This document shows, one piece after another, positions 11,889 to 22,428 of a DNA stretch of 64,000 bases (positions are counted from its first letter, which is position 1; every line of letters starts with the position of its first letter). A program made the position numbers and the translations under genes. The notes under the pieces were generated by a model. That model had not been told where the DNA came from and made no database searches. It was given only the letters and a program-made list of their open reading frames with translations. This DNA is from Podarcis filfolensis. Its lineage: Eukaryota. Location of the stretch: NCBI GenBank assembly GCA_964270895.1, contig OZ185435.1; one strand, written 5' to 3'.

Positions 11889-13008
11889 CTATATTTAAAA
11901 TAGTGATAAAAATCAAGTTGAACAGAATGCAAAGAAGAGATACTGCAATATCAGCTGAAGCAGTAACTGAGAAATTGAAATATATAATTACTGACTGTAT
12001 TAGATTAAAGCATGCCTGGATGACATTTTAAGCTAAACCATAAACCAATATTCCACAGTGAATATAGATGCATTCCCTATGAACATGTCAAATGGTGCAC
12101 ATTTTATTGCAATTATTTTTCATCTAAACCCAGAAATCAGCTGTAAGCATGAGAGTATTGGGTCCATTGTTTGTTCCAATTTGGAAGCTGCACATGTGGA
12201 GATGAATTAGAAAAATTGACGATGGCGCCAATCACCTATTGGAAAGGGCATATTATTTGGCTCTATAACCAAAGTAATATATGTAGACAGAATGTACATT
12301 CAGATAGGTGTATTTTATTTTCATTGTCAGTACTGGTTTTTGTTATTAAGGTCCTGGAAGTCTGCTTACCCCTTTTAGGAGGGCAGCAGCTTTGTGGGAC
12401 GTGCAGCACTCCCCCCCCCCCACTACCTGCCAACGATGCAGGGCAGGGTGTGGTGGGCTGATCCCAGCCGGAGCGAGAGCTTCGGCTCACACTCACAACT
12501 TGAAATCATGTTCAGCGTCAGCCTGCGGAATTGGCCAATGGCAGGCTGGTATGAAGGGTTGGGTTCCCTGGGGGTGGGCGTGAGGGAACAATCAGGCTAT
12601 GAGAATCCTTAAGGACCCATGGCTCAGATCCATATTTCCATGTCGTGGCAGCCCTAAGAAAGCTGCTCAGGTGCCAATCTGATCCTTGAAAAGCAGATGG
12701 GTGGGAAGGGTGCTCAGAGGCTTTGAGGGCACCTAAGGAAATCTTTAGAGCTGAAAAAGATGAAGCTGCTCAGGCACCACGTTGGCAACTGGAGATCTAT
12801 AGTAAGGAGCTAGTGAAGGTGGGACTGAATGATGCAGACAACCTAGATCATCTTTTGGTTTGAGCTATTAGTAGACACAATTTCCACCTTCTAAATGCTT
12901 TGGGCTGCCCTAGTGACTAGAAAAATAGAAAATGTTTCCTGGTGGCTGCAATAAATGCTGTGAGATTCTGTGCAAAAGCAAATATGAAGAGACACAAACA
13001 TTACAGAC

Positions 13009-13106
13009 CTGAACATTTGGTCGGGAAATTTCACATTCAAACCGAGCAACTTCTTTTTCTTTAACTTCAATATCCGTAAGGGGCTTTGTGAACTCAACAT
13101 GAGGTG
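13009..13106 (-). CDS. TTN: Titin Ig exon (first part, ~I98)
   Basis: PPHVEFTKPLTDIEVKEKEVARFECE; 98 nt, phase 1-0. Confidence 0.93.
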
Positions 13107-13398
13107 CTATAAGGAAGAAAAAATTTCCAGTTTGAAAACGATCTCTTTTTTTCTTATCCGTGAATCTCAATTCGTAGCAATGGCCTTAGTTATAATAATT
13201 TATTCTAATAGAGTTATGATAAAGTAGAGGTTCCCACTTTTGCGGATGAAAGAAAAAGCCCAACCCACTTAAGTCAAAGGTCTGCTTGTTTTACAGCACC
13301 ATCAGTTTGACCCACCCATATATCTGCAACATGCCTACCTTTGGAATCATGCAAACAAGTATCTATGTCTTTATAAGGAAATTATGAGAAAAACTTAC

Positions 13399-13665
13399 GT
13401 TCAACGTTCAAGAAACAAGATGTCTTGAAATCTTTAGAATCACATGTGTACGTTTTAGCATCGTCCAGTGTGCAGCCGTGAATGATAAGTTTTCTGACTC
13501 TGCCATCAGCAATTATATCATATTTCTTTGTCTTGTGGATTTCTTGGCCATTCTTGAACCATTTCACTGGTGCATTTTCTCTGGATACTTCACACTCCAG
13601 AACTGCAGTAGCTTCCTCCTCTACAGTCTGGTCCTCAAGAGGCTTAGTAAACTCAACAGGTGGTT
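13399..13665 (-). CDS. TTN: Titin Ig exon (~I97)
   Basis: EPPVEFTKPLEDQTV...FLNVE; 267 nt. Confidence 0.96.
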
Positions 13666-13921
13666 CTGAGGACAGGGAGGGAAAAAACCCCACAAATCAT
13701 GTTGGTGCTACGTGCATCATTTTTTCCTCCCAAGAGATTGAAAAGCTAGCTATCATTCTGATCTTTTTAAAAGACTGAGTTATGCCCAGAAATCTTTTCA
13801 GCATTTTATGTGTAAAAAGTACTGCAGAAAAGGATCAGCCCAATCATGCACTTTGCCTAACACAGATCAGTAGTCTCTAGCATACCGCTAATGGAATAAA
13901 TTGTTACTTTTGGAAGCCTAC

Positions 13922-14045
13922 CTTTTACAAAAAGATTTGCTTGAGTTCTGAAATCCTTTGCAGTCAGTTTGACTTCTCCAGCATCTGTTAGTTTCACATC
14001 TCTTAGAACAAGGGTGTGAACTCTGCCTTCAGCACGGGGCACGAT
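13922..14045 (-). CDS. TTN: Titin Ig exon (second half, ~I96)
   Basis: IVPRAEGRVHTLVLRDVKL...LFVK; 124 nt, phase 0-1. Confidence 0.94.
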
Positions 14046-14968
14046 CTTTCAAAAAAGGAACGTTCAGGAGAATAGATTTGGTAAGAAAACATGTTGCGAC
14101 CTTATATCAAACATTTGTGTTAGCACATGTCTGTCTAAATGGGCTGGTAAACAAAGACTCCCGGTTATACACCCATGTACTTCTGGGCATGCATTGGGGC
14201 CTCTCTGATTTCTTGTTGCAATTTCAGCTCTTTGTACTGCATCAGCCGCCAAGCCCCAAAGGCCTCTAGAGTTTTGTGGGAATCGGCAGACTGAATCCAC
14301 CAGCTGATTGCTGGAACTGTAAACTTCTTCAAAGGGTTGATATAATCCAAATCAATCAAAAAGGAGAACTACAGTACGTGTATAAGAAGCTTTTCATCAT
14401 AGCTCCCCTGTCCAGCTGGGAAGAAGTCAGGAGAGACCTGGTTCTGCATGGATTATAGTCCCTTACTGGACTGGGGTAGGAGTGCCCTAAACACCATTGT
14501 TTGTGTTATCATAGGCCCATTTAAACTGATGTAGATGGGTTAATCAGAAGCAAAACATAAAATCTTGCTAACTATTAATATGAAAGTTGAAATAAAAGTT
14601 GAAATATTTATGATGCATCTAATAATGCTTCACCATTAAAATACTTTTCATGGGAACAGTAAGGATTAATCTATCCATTTAGTTAAATCTCGCTATGCTA
14701 GTTTAAATTTAATGTTTTGATTAGGCTGAATTGGCTATGGTAATTTCAAACTTGCACTAACTAGGCCTTATATTAGCAGGTATAGGTCTGTTTTCCTTTG
14801 CAAATATTCTCTGCATAAGCCTATCATTAACAGACACTCTAACGACTTAAACAGAGGATCTAAAAAAGCATGCACCAAATAATATTTCACTGAATGCAAC
14901 TTCTGCATGTGATTACTTATACTACTATATGGCTTGCTGCTAAAACATTTTAAATATTGAATGAACTG

Positions 14969-15129
14969 CATTCCAGGCTGTTCACATCTCAGCGCTAACA
15001 GCACACTTGATGAAGGGTTAAAAATAGCTGGTGAGAAATGCTCTGCGAGCAGATCTACCGAGAAAGTTATCTGGAAGCCTGCTCAAATGCCTGAAATGGA
15101 ATTTCAATCTCCTTAATCCCCTTATATGC
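14969..15129. promoter_or_regulatory. Candidate striated-muscle enhancer (TEAD, NKX2-5, MEF2, GATA, near-CArG)
   Basis: CATTCCA 14969-14975; CACTTGA 15004-15010; TTAAAAATAG 15018-15027; TTATCT 15067-15072; CCTTATATGC 15120-15129. Motif matches only. Confidence 0.5.
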
Positions 15130-15346
15130 AGAACTGGATGCCAGCTCTACATTCAGAGAAGGGAAAGAATCAGGAGATGCAAACATTCATAAACTTCCCC
15201 ACTAATATCAAAATATTACATATCCCTTTATGTTAGCACTGATACAAAACCTCCCCAACCCCTTTCACCTCTCACTTGGAAACTTTTATCTTCCACCATG
15301 TGGAAGGAACTGATTTTTCTGAATGATATTTTAGAATAGCGCCTTA

Positions 15347-15436
15347 CAGTGCAATCCTATGGATCTCTACTCAGAAGCAAGCCCCACTGAGCTCAGTGGG
15401 GCTTACTTCCAGGTAAGTATGTATAGGATTGCACTG
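15347..15436. mobile_element. About 90-bp palindromic interspersed repeat (MITE-like)
   Basis: 14-bp inverted ends CAGTGCAATCCTAT; related degenerate copies near 28023-28110, 32380-32460, 53507-53598, 55075-55120. Confidence 0.7.
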
Positions 15437-15530
15437 TCGGTCTCACAAAAGGGAGGGGTGGGAGAGAAAGAGGGAAAGAAATAGGGTTTGACACGGAAAA
15501 AGGGGAGAAGAGAAAGAATGTCTTCTGTAC

Positions 15531-15673
15531 CTTGTCACTGGGCTCCAATTTCTGTCCTTTCAAGAACCAGTCCACCACAATTCCCTCATAGGAGAGTTCG
15601 CATTCAAAGTTTGCCGTTTCACCAGCTGTTACAGTTACATCCTTCAGAGGCCTCAGCAGGCCAATTACACGTG
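15531..15673 (-). CDS. TTN: Titin Ig exon (first half, ~I96; inferred orthologue of human exon 240)
   Basis: PRVIGLLRPLKDVTVTAGETA...EPSDK; 143 nt, phase 1-0. Confidence 0.95.
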
Positions 15674-16160
15674 CTTGACGGGACGAAGAAAACATCTTCA
15701 GATTAGCCACCTGCACCTTTTACTAACTGCCATAGTGCCTTTCCCCAAGAGAGAGGGAGTATGATGTACAGAGGCTATTTAAATTCCCTGGCTAGATCTG
15801 GGCCCTTGGGGTTTTCAGGGGGAGGGTTGGTCACTAGAGATTCCCTATTTGCGGAGCCTGTTCCTTTTAAATGAAAAGATCAGCAAGAAAGCTACATTGC
15901 ATCTGTCTCCTTTGCCAAGCCCTGCATGCCTCTTGCTAGATAAGGCATGCGCCTTCCAAAATAGCAAGGTCTACAATTGGATAGAGAGACAAGTGGTCAC
16001 CAACTGTGTAGGGTGTTCCTGTCCATCAAGCTACTGGCACTTTCCACAAATGTCAGCATGGTGTTATCTCTCAGATCTTATACCCCAAATGCCAAGCACA
16101 GCAGAGAGTCCGTTTGTAATATTTTAGATTTCGTAACAACTCATTATGCTACCTTGCCAA
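15674..16160 (-). promoter_or_regulatory. Candidate Cronos internal promoter / alternative 5' end
   Basis: Intron position matches the known Cronos start by exon counting; in-frame ATG at 15695; TTTAAATA at 15776-15783; GATA motifs at 15938 and 16064; E-boxes at 15990, 16001, 16047. Confidence 0.45.
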
Positions 16161-16256
16161 TCATCCTGGAATAAGGAGGGGCGATTCCAGTGGTCTAACA
16201 ACCTGTTCTTATTAACTAATTGAAAATCTTTATGTAATACCTATCCCACGATCTAA

Positions 16257-16257
<1 letters not shown>

Positions 16258-16295
<38 letters not shown>
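16258..16295. repeat. (CTAA)n microsatellite
   Basis: Direct reading. Confidence 0.95.
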
Positions 16296-16530
16296 ATTAA
16301 AAGTATCAGAATTAACTTATAAAAAGCTTTTATAAAGAAAGAATAAGTGACACAACTATATCAAATAACTACTCCTCAACTTAAGCTCACCCGACTGTCT
16401 CTCCCTCTCATTTACTGTTCCATTAACAACAGATCACATGCCCCATTCTGACTCCCAACTTGTTTGAGTTTAGCTCAGTTACTGATGTAAAAGACAAGTG
16501 ATCTTACAGATACACTTGCAAGACACTTAC

Positions 16531-16657
16531 GTTTTACTCGAAGATTGGCAGATGATTTGGCATTGGCTGCTTGGAAGTCTACGCTACCGGCCTGGTCCAA
16601 GCGCACGTTGTAGAGTGTAAGACAGTGCCTTTTGCCTTCCTCCTTAATTTCACAGTC
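16531..16657 (-). CDS. TTN: Titin Ig exon (second half, ~I95)
   Basis: DCEIKEEGKRHCLTLYNVRLDQ...LRVK; 127 nt, phase 0-1. Confidence 0.94.
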
Positions 16658-16890
16658 CTTCCAAGAGCAAACAAATGCAAAGGTTTGTACAACGCTTAAT
16701 AGCTTTCACTTCCTTTTATCAGGTCCATATTTCTGGTATTTGGATTTTCAAAATGGTAGCAACCTTTTATTCCCCTTTGGGGACAAAACATTGTACTGGC
16801 TGCAGCTGTTTTGCAACCATGATTCTCAACATCCTGCCTCGGAGTACAAATACCAGAACAACACATTCGCTGGCATGTACATTGACAATA

Positions 16891-17116
16891 CAGTGGTACT
16901 TCGGGTTAAGAACTTAATTCATTCTGGAGGTCTGTTCTTAACCTGAAACTGTTCTTAACCTGAAGCACCACTTTAGCTAATGGGGCCTCTCGTTGCCACT
17001 GCGCCACCGCTGCATGATTTCTGTTCTCATCCTGAAGCAAAGTTCTTAACCCGAGGTAATATTTCTGGGTTAGCAGAGTCTGTAACCTGAAGCGTATGTA
17101 ACCCGAGGTACCATTG
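16891..17116. mobile_element. Tc1/mariner (Tigger-like) MITE
   Basis: TIR CA(G/A)TGGTAC(T/C)TCGGGTTA, TA flanks. Confidence 0.88.
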
Positions 17117-17884
17117 TACTTGGACCCCATTGTTCTGTATCTAATGACTGTGTGAGCGGAAGGGAGCTTGTGCAACCAATCTTTCCCCTCCCCACTGCAG
17201 CCCACTGAGCCTCAAGAAAAGCCTCTTTGGAGGGTCAGAGGCCCTCCTGAACAGCGTTGGGTGTGTTGCAGCCAGCTGCTAAAGAGTTAAAGTTGGTCAG
17301 GGCACTGTGTGCAACCCTTCCATCTGCTCACACAACCAATGACTAAACTTTTACCTCAGGCCTTGAACCACACATTGTCCAGATCAATGAGATGTTAATG
17401 TGCTAAACATGCACATTGATTTTCTGAATTGTTTACATGGGAACATTAACACCCCCCCCACATATGGCTACAACGAACCAACTGATTACAGTTATTAACT
17501 TCCAGAGGCACCTGGTACATTGCTTTAACAATTGTAACCAACATATTTTTATCAAATATTATTTACATATTACTTACAATTGCTTTTCATTACAAAAGCA
17601 ATATTCAGATTTCTAACGTTAAAACTGCTCTCCGTGAATTATATATTTTCTGTTGTGTAAATACGACACATGGATGACTACATTCTATATATTTTGCTTA
17701 ACTGCACAATATACGATTCCAGCCATTTAAATTGTGTTGATATAGAAATTATTTTCTCAGCACCCCTACAGTACTTTCTCAGATTTTCCAAAGATTTTCC
17801 AAAAGTTTATGTTCTTCCATCTGCATATTTTAGGCAATCTAAGTCTCATTTAGAAGTGGGGAAATATTTAAAAGCATTGCTTAC

Positions 17885-18024
17885 AGGCGTCTGTGTCAAG
17901 GGCTCCCCTTTCAGTTTCCAGTTAGCATGAATATCTTCCTCAGAGATTTCTGTATCAAAACGTGCAGTCTCTGTCTCAAATATTTCCACGCTATATAAGG
18001 GACGTACAATCTTAATATCACGAT
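17885..18024 (-). CDS. TTN: Titin Ig exon (first half, ~I95)
   Basis: DRDIKIVRPLYSVEIFETETARF...TQTP; 140 nt, phase 1-0. Confidence 0.94.
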
Positions 18025-18219
18025 CTGTGAAGGGGGAAAAACCACACCAATATTATTAGCTTTCATGACAATGTTGATGAGCAGGGTTCTATGACAGAAG
18101 GATCAGGAAGATTTTATTTATGTGTTTATTAAGAAGATTTATATCTTGTCTTTCGAATGAATGATCCTCAGGGCGGTTTAAAATAGAATATAATAATACA
18201 CCAGTAAGGGTGAACTTGC

Positions 18220-18486
18220 CTTCAATGTTCAGCTTAGCAGAAGTCTGATCAGTGCCGCAATCACAGGTATATTGACCAATGTCTTTCTTCAAGGCCTTCT
18301 TGAGGATGAGTATTCTCTTTTTGCCATCGGCCTTGATAATAACATTCTTAGACGGAGTTAGTTCTTGTCCGTCTTTAAACCATTTTACGGGAGCATTTGC
18401 TTTGCTAATTTCGCATTGCAAAATCACTTCGTCTTTCTCCACAGCAGTGTAATCTTGAAGCTTCCCAGTAAAATAAGGGTCCCCCT
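18220..18486 (-). CDS. TTN: Titin Ig exon (~I94), GC donor
   Basis: EGDPYFTGKLQDYTAVEKD...LNIE; 267 nt; ends GAAG|gcaagt. Confidence 0.94.
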
Positions 18487-19083
18487 CTGCAAGTCAAGGT
18501 GAATATGTGACATTCTAAGATTATTCATACATTCAAAAGTGTACCAACTTATGCAAGACAGTTCTCCTTTCAGGTAAGAGTGCTTTTTTAAGATTTTCTA
18601 TGTGCGATAAAGTTTTCTAAAAGCAAGTTTTTAAGAAACTTTAATAGAGCAAATTATTGTTATTAGGTAAAAGTAGCTGATTCTGCTTTTCATTTCCCCC
18701 CCATTTACACGGACCCGAAAGAAACGTGTTTCTGTGGTACACCACAAAGTGGTTTCTTATTTCTTCATTATTTTGATTATTTAAAAGAGATTTATACCCC
18801 GCCTTCCAGAGATCTGGATCCACAAGGCGGCTAACAACAAATTCAAAACAAACTTAGACAATACGACATCCAAAAATTTGTAGGAGGGATGACGTTTCCC
18901 AAAAAACAAGACTAAAACAAAAATAAAATGGCAGCACAAAAACTTACAGCAGAGCCATATAAAGACACTGAAAGCTATTACTGATAATTAAAAAAACAGG
19001 AAAATAGGACCATTTCAAAGTAAAGCCTGAACGACAATAACAAGCATGGGAGTTTGGAAAAAGGTCCCAACAGAAAAAAAAAC

Positions 19084-19262
19084 CATAGGAAACTGCCTTT
19101 CACCCAGTCAAACCATAGGCTCCATCTAACTTAGTACTACTGTCTACAATGGTTGGTTGTAGCTATGCAGGGTTTCAGACAGGAGTCTTTTCCAATACTA
19201 CCTGGAGAAGCAAGGGATTTAACCTGGGAGTTTTTGTGTGCAAGGCATGTGCTTTGCCACCA
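19084..19262 (-). mobile_element. Degenerate tRNA-derived squamate SINE (Squam-type; family not verified)
   Basis: Minus strand shows a tRNA-like box B (CCCAGGTTAAATCCC) and a conserved tail; related pieces at 58466-58515 and 59602-59669. Confidence 0.6.
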
Positions 19263-19289
19263 AAATATTCTTAACTGATGATTAGACTT

Positions 19290-19400
19290 GTATGTGAAAA
19301 GGATGTTCTTTTAGATATGCTGGTCCCAGACCACTTAGGCCTTTATAGGTCAGGACTAGTACTTTGTATTGTGTTACCGGAAAGAAACAGGCAGCCAATG
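19290..19400 (-). mobile_element. L2 LINE relic
   Basis: YKVLVLTYKGLSGLGPAYLKEH is paralogous to the 583-888 peptide; L2-like tail near 18765-18850. Confidence 0.6.
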
Positions 19401-19835
19401 GATGCAATGTTTTAGAAAAGGATGCAAATTCAAAGCAACAACTACAATGAAACAATGAACCAAAGGACAAATAAATAACAAAAGGATTGCTAATAGGGTA
19501 GCATGGCAGTATAACAGAACACATCAACTAGCGGCAGTCAATTGTCAGAAGCTTTCTGAAAGAGGACAGATGGCCCCCAAAAGAGGAGCTCATACGAACC
19601 TCTTCTTGAAAGCATGTTCAAAAGTATGAGGTCTGCTGCCAAGAAAGCCCTAATATGGAGGCAAATCTAGCTGTACCATAAGAATCTGGAATGGGATCTC
19701 CCCATAAGATTTAAAGAACTGCTCTGAGGAAGGGGAAGCCCATGTGAATAAAGCTTCTAAGCACATGGTTATGCTTCTAGTTGATGTTCTATCAAAGAAG
19801 AGCCATAATATAAATCAAACTCAGACCACACATAC

Positions 19836-20102
19836 CAAGGACAGTAAGTTTAGCTTCACATGATTTGCCCATAGCTTCCACTTTTATCTGAGAGGTGTCA
19901 TCAATATTGAGATCTTTGAATGTGAGCGTATGGAATTTGCCATCGTCCTTCATTGAAACAACCTTGGTGGTATGGAGCCGTTGGTCATTCTTATACCAGA
20001 TAACAGGGATATTGTCATGGGAAAGCTCAACAGTAAATTCTGCAGTCTCACGCTCCTTTGCAGTTACATCCTTGAGAGGGGTAATGAATTGAAGGCGAAT
20101 GC
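19836..20102 (-). CDS. TTN: Titin Ig exon (~I93)
   Basis: GIRLQFITPLKD...KLTVL; 267 nt. Confidence 0.96.
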
Positions 20103-20205
20103 CTAAACCACAAAAGCATCTCGTTAAAGTTAAACTGTGACGAATCAAATGACATAAATATGAAAGCCAAACACACCGTCGGGAGAACCAGAGCTACAAA
20201 CAAAC

Positions 20206-20472
20206 CTTCAATGATCAGCTTTGCACTTGTCCGTTTGTCTTCGGCCTCAAACATATATTTAGCCTCATCTTCAAAAGCCACACTCTTAATGGCAAGTGCG
20301 TGCTTTGTGCCTTCTGTTATAATTTCAAATTTCTCATCCCCTTCAAGCTCTTGGGTTCCTTTCAACCAACGGAAAGTCTTTGGTTCCCTTGATACCTCAC
20401 ATTCAAACTTCGCAGGATCCTTCTCAAAGACTTTAATGTCACTGAGAGGAGTTATGAAGATGAGAGGCAGCT
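20206..20472 (-). CDS. TTN: Titin Ig exon (~I92)
   Basis: ELPLIFITPLSD...KLIIE; 267 nt. Confidence 0.96.
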
Positions 20473-20619
20473 CTGAAATCAAACCGGGTTATTAAGAGTG
20501 TTAGACACGTGTGTGTTTGTTTTTTTATAAACTGCTCCAGCAATGGATTTTGTTGATGTTGCTGGGCATTAAGAAAACCCTGCAAGATGGGTTGGGAGTT
20601 GATGCCTTCTGAAGCCTAC

Positions 20620-20746
20620 CTTTCACTTTCAGATTTGCAGCGCTTTTCGCATTTGCAGCTTGGAAGGACACTTCTCCTGTCATATCCAGTTTGCAGTTGT
20701 AAAGAATCAAGACATGTTTCTTGCCATCTTCAATCATTTCACAATC
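20620..20746 (-). CDS. TTN: Titin I91 ('I27') second half
   Basis: DCEMIEDGKKHVLILYNCKLDMTGEVSFQAANAKSAANLKVK; 127 nt. Confidence 0.96.
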
Positions 20747-20898
20747 CTGATTTTTTTTTTATGAGGGTGAAAAAAAAAACAGATTTGTCCTAATCACTCA
20801 TGTGTTCTCTAAAACTTTCTAAGAATTGTTTTTGTGTGTTTTTCTTAAAAAAACAACACTTGTGCTGTGGTTTGCTTGTTTTTTTGAAACAGACTTAC

Positions 20899-21038
20899 AG
20901 GTGAAGCTGTTAAAGTTTCTCCCTTTAACTTCCAAATGGCATGAACATCAGGCTCAGAGATTTCGACCTCAAATCGTGCTGTTTCACCAACAAATACTTC
21001 CACTCCATAAAGAGGACGCTCTATTTTTATCATACGAG
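20899..21038 (-). CDS. TTN: Titin I91 ('I27') first half
   Basis: ARMIKIERPLYGVEVFVGETARFEVEISEPDVHAIWKLKGETLTASP; 140 nt. Confidence 0.96.
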
Positions 21039-21135
21039 CTGAAAGCAAATATGTATATATCTCAGATTTCCTTCCTTGACCAGTAAGGTGTACAATGTTT
21101 CGAAGAGTTTCTACTGAAGGAGGACAATCACTTAC

Positions 21136-21399
21136 CCTCAATCTTAACTTCAGAAATTGTCTTGTCAGTTCCACAGTTACATTCATAATTTCCCTTATCA
21201 GCATCGGTTGCTTTTTTAATTTTTAATATGCGGCGCTTGCCATCAGTCTTGATGGAGATTCTCTTGGAAGCTACAAGTTCCTCACCATCTTTAAACCATT
21301 TCACTGGCACATCTTTGCTAAGTTCACACTCCAGAATGATATCATCTTTCTCAACAGCGGTATAATCTTGCAATTTCACAACGAAATATGGGTCGGCCT
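21136..21399 (-). CDS. TTN: Titin Ig exon (~I90)
   Basis: EADPYFVVKLQDYTAVEKD...VKIE; 264 nt. Confidence 0.96.
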
Positions 21400-21574
21400 C
21401 TACAAGATATGGGTCAGGTATGAAGTGTTGTTGTATTTTTTTGAAGAGGTTAGTAATCAGAGTGAATTAGTACATGAAAAACATATATACTAAAATACAT
21501 AAAGATATGTATTTTATACATACATATAATAGATACAGATCCAACCAGTAACAAAATGTGACAACATAAATTAC

Positions 21575-21841
21575 CTAAAACCTTCAGGTTTGCCTTAGTG
21601 TGCAATGCCTTCACTTCAGCCTTGATTTCGGAGATGTCATCAAGTGTCACTTCTCTAATTTCTAATTTGTGTTTCTTCCCTTCTACAGAAATGAGAACTG
21701 TTCTGCTATTGTGGATTTTCTTATCATTTTTGTACCAGGTTACTGGCATATCTTCATGAGAAAGTTCAAAATCAAAGTGGGCTGTTTCTCCTTCCTTCAC
21801 TGTCTGATCTTTGAGTGGGGAGATAAATTTCAGCCGGACAC
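21575..21841 (-). CDS. TTN: Titin Ig exon (~I89)
   Basis: GVRLKFISPLKD...LKVL; 267 nt. Confidence 0.96.
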
Positions 21842-21941
21842 CTGAGAAAGAGGGAAAGACAATTAATGCCATCCGGTCATAACCAGCGACTGATTCTTGT
21901 TGTGACTTTTACAGTGTAATTCTTGACAGCAATGAACTTGC

Positions 21942-22205
21942 CTTCCACAAACAGTTTTGCAGTGCTTTCCTTCCCTTCGACTACAGCAGTGTACTCTCCT
22001 TCATCATCAAACTGAGAATCATTGATGACCAGAATGTGTTTTGTTCCATCTGCAATTATGTCAAATTTATCTCCAACTTTGATTATATCAGTGCCTTTAG
22101 TCCATATCACATTGGCTTCCCTGGTGAGCACACATTCAAACCTCGCCTGCCGTTTCTCTGGTACAGTCACATCTTTCAAAGGCACAGCAAAGTCCAGCTC
22201 GATTT
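21942..22205 (-). CDS. TTN: Titin Ig exon (~I88), GC donor
   Basis: EIELDFAVPLKDVTVPE...LFVE; 264 nt; ends GAAG|gcaagt. Confidence 0.94.
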
Positions 22206-22301
22206 CTGCAAATAAAGAGAATATTGAATATTTCCCCCCACATACTACGATGGCAGAAACGACAGGCTAATTGGAGACACATTTTTAGTGAAACACTTTA
22301 C

Positions 22302-22428
22302 CTTTCACTGTCAAAATAGCTGAAGTCACTGCATTCAATGCCTGGTAGAGAACCTCTCCAGCCTGGTCTAGTTTGACTTTGTGTAAGGTTAAGAAGCGTT
22401 TTCCTCCTTCGGCTCTGATCTCACAAGT
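22302..22428 (-). CDS. TTN: Titin Ig exon (second half, ~I87)
   Basis: TCEIRAEGGKRFLTLHKVKLDQAG...LTVK; 127 nt. Confidence 0.95.

Noticed and set aside
12360-12860. GC-richer intronic stretch with CCAAT and GC-box-like motifs
   Set aside because: No TIR, TSD, ORF or muscle motif cluster found; probably an old repeat that I cannot classify.
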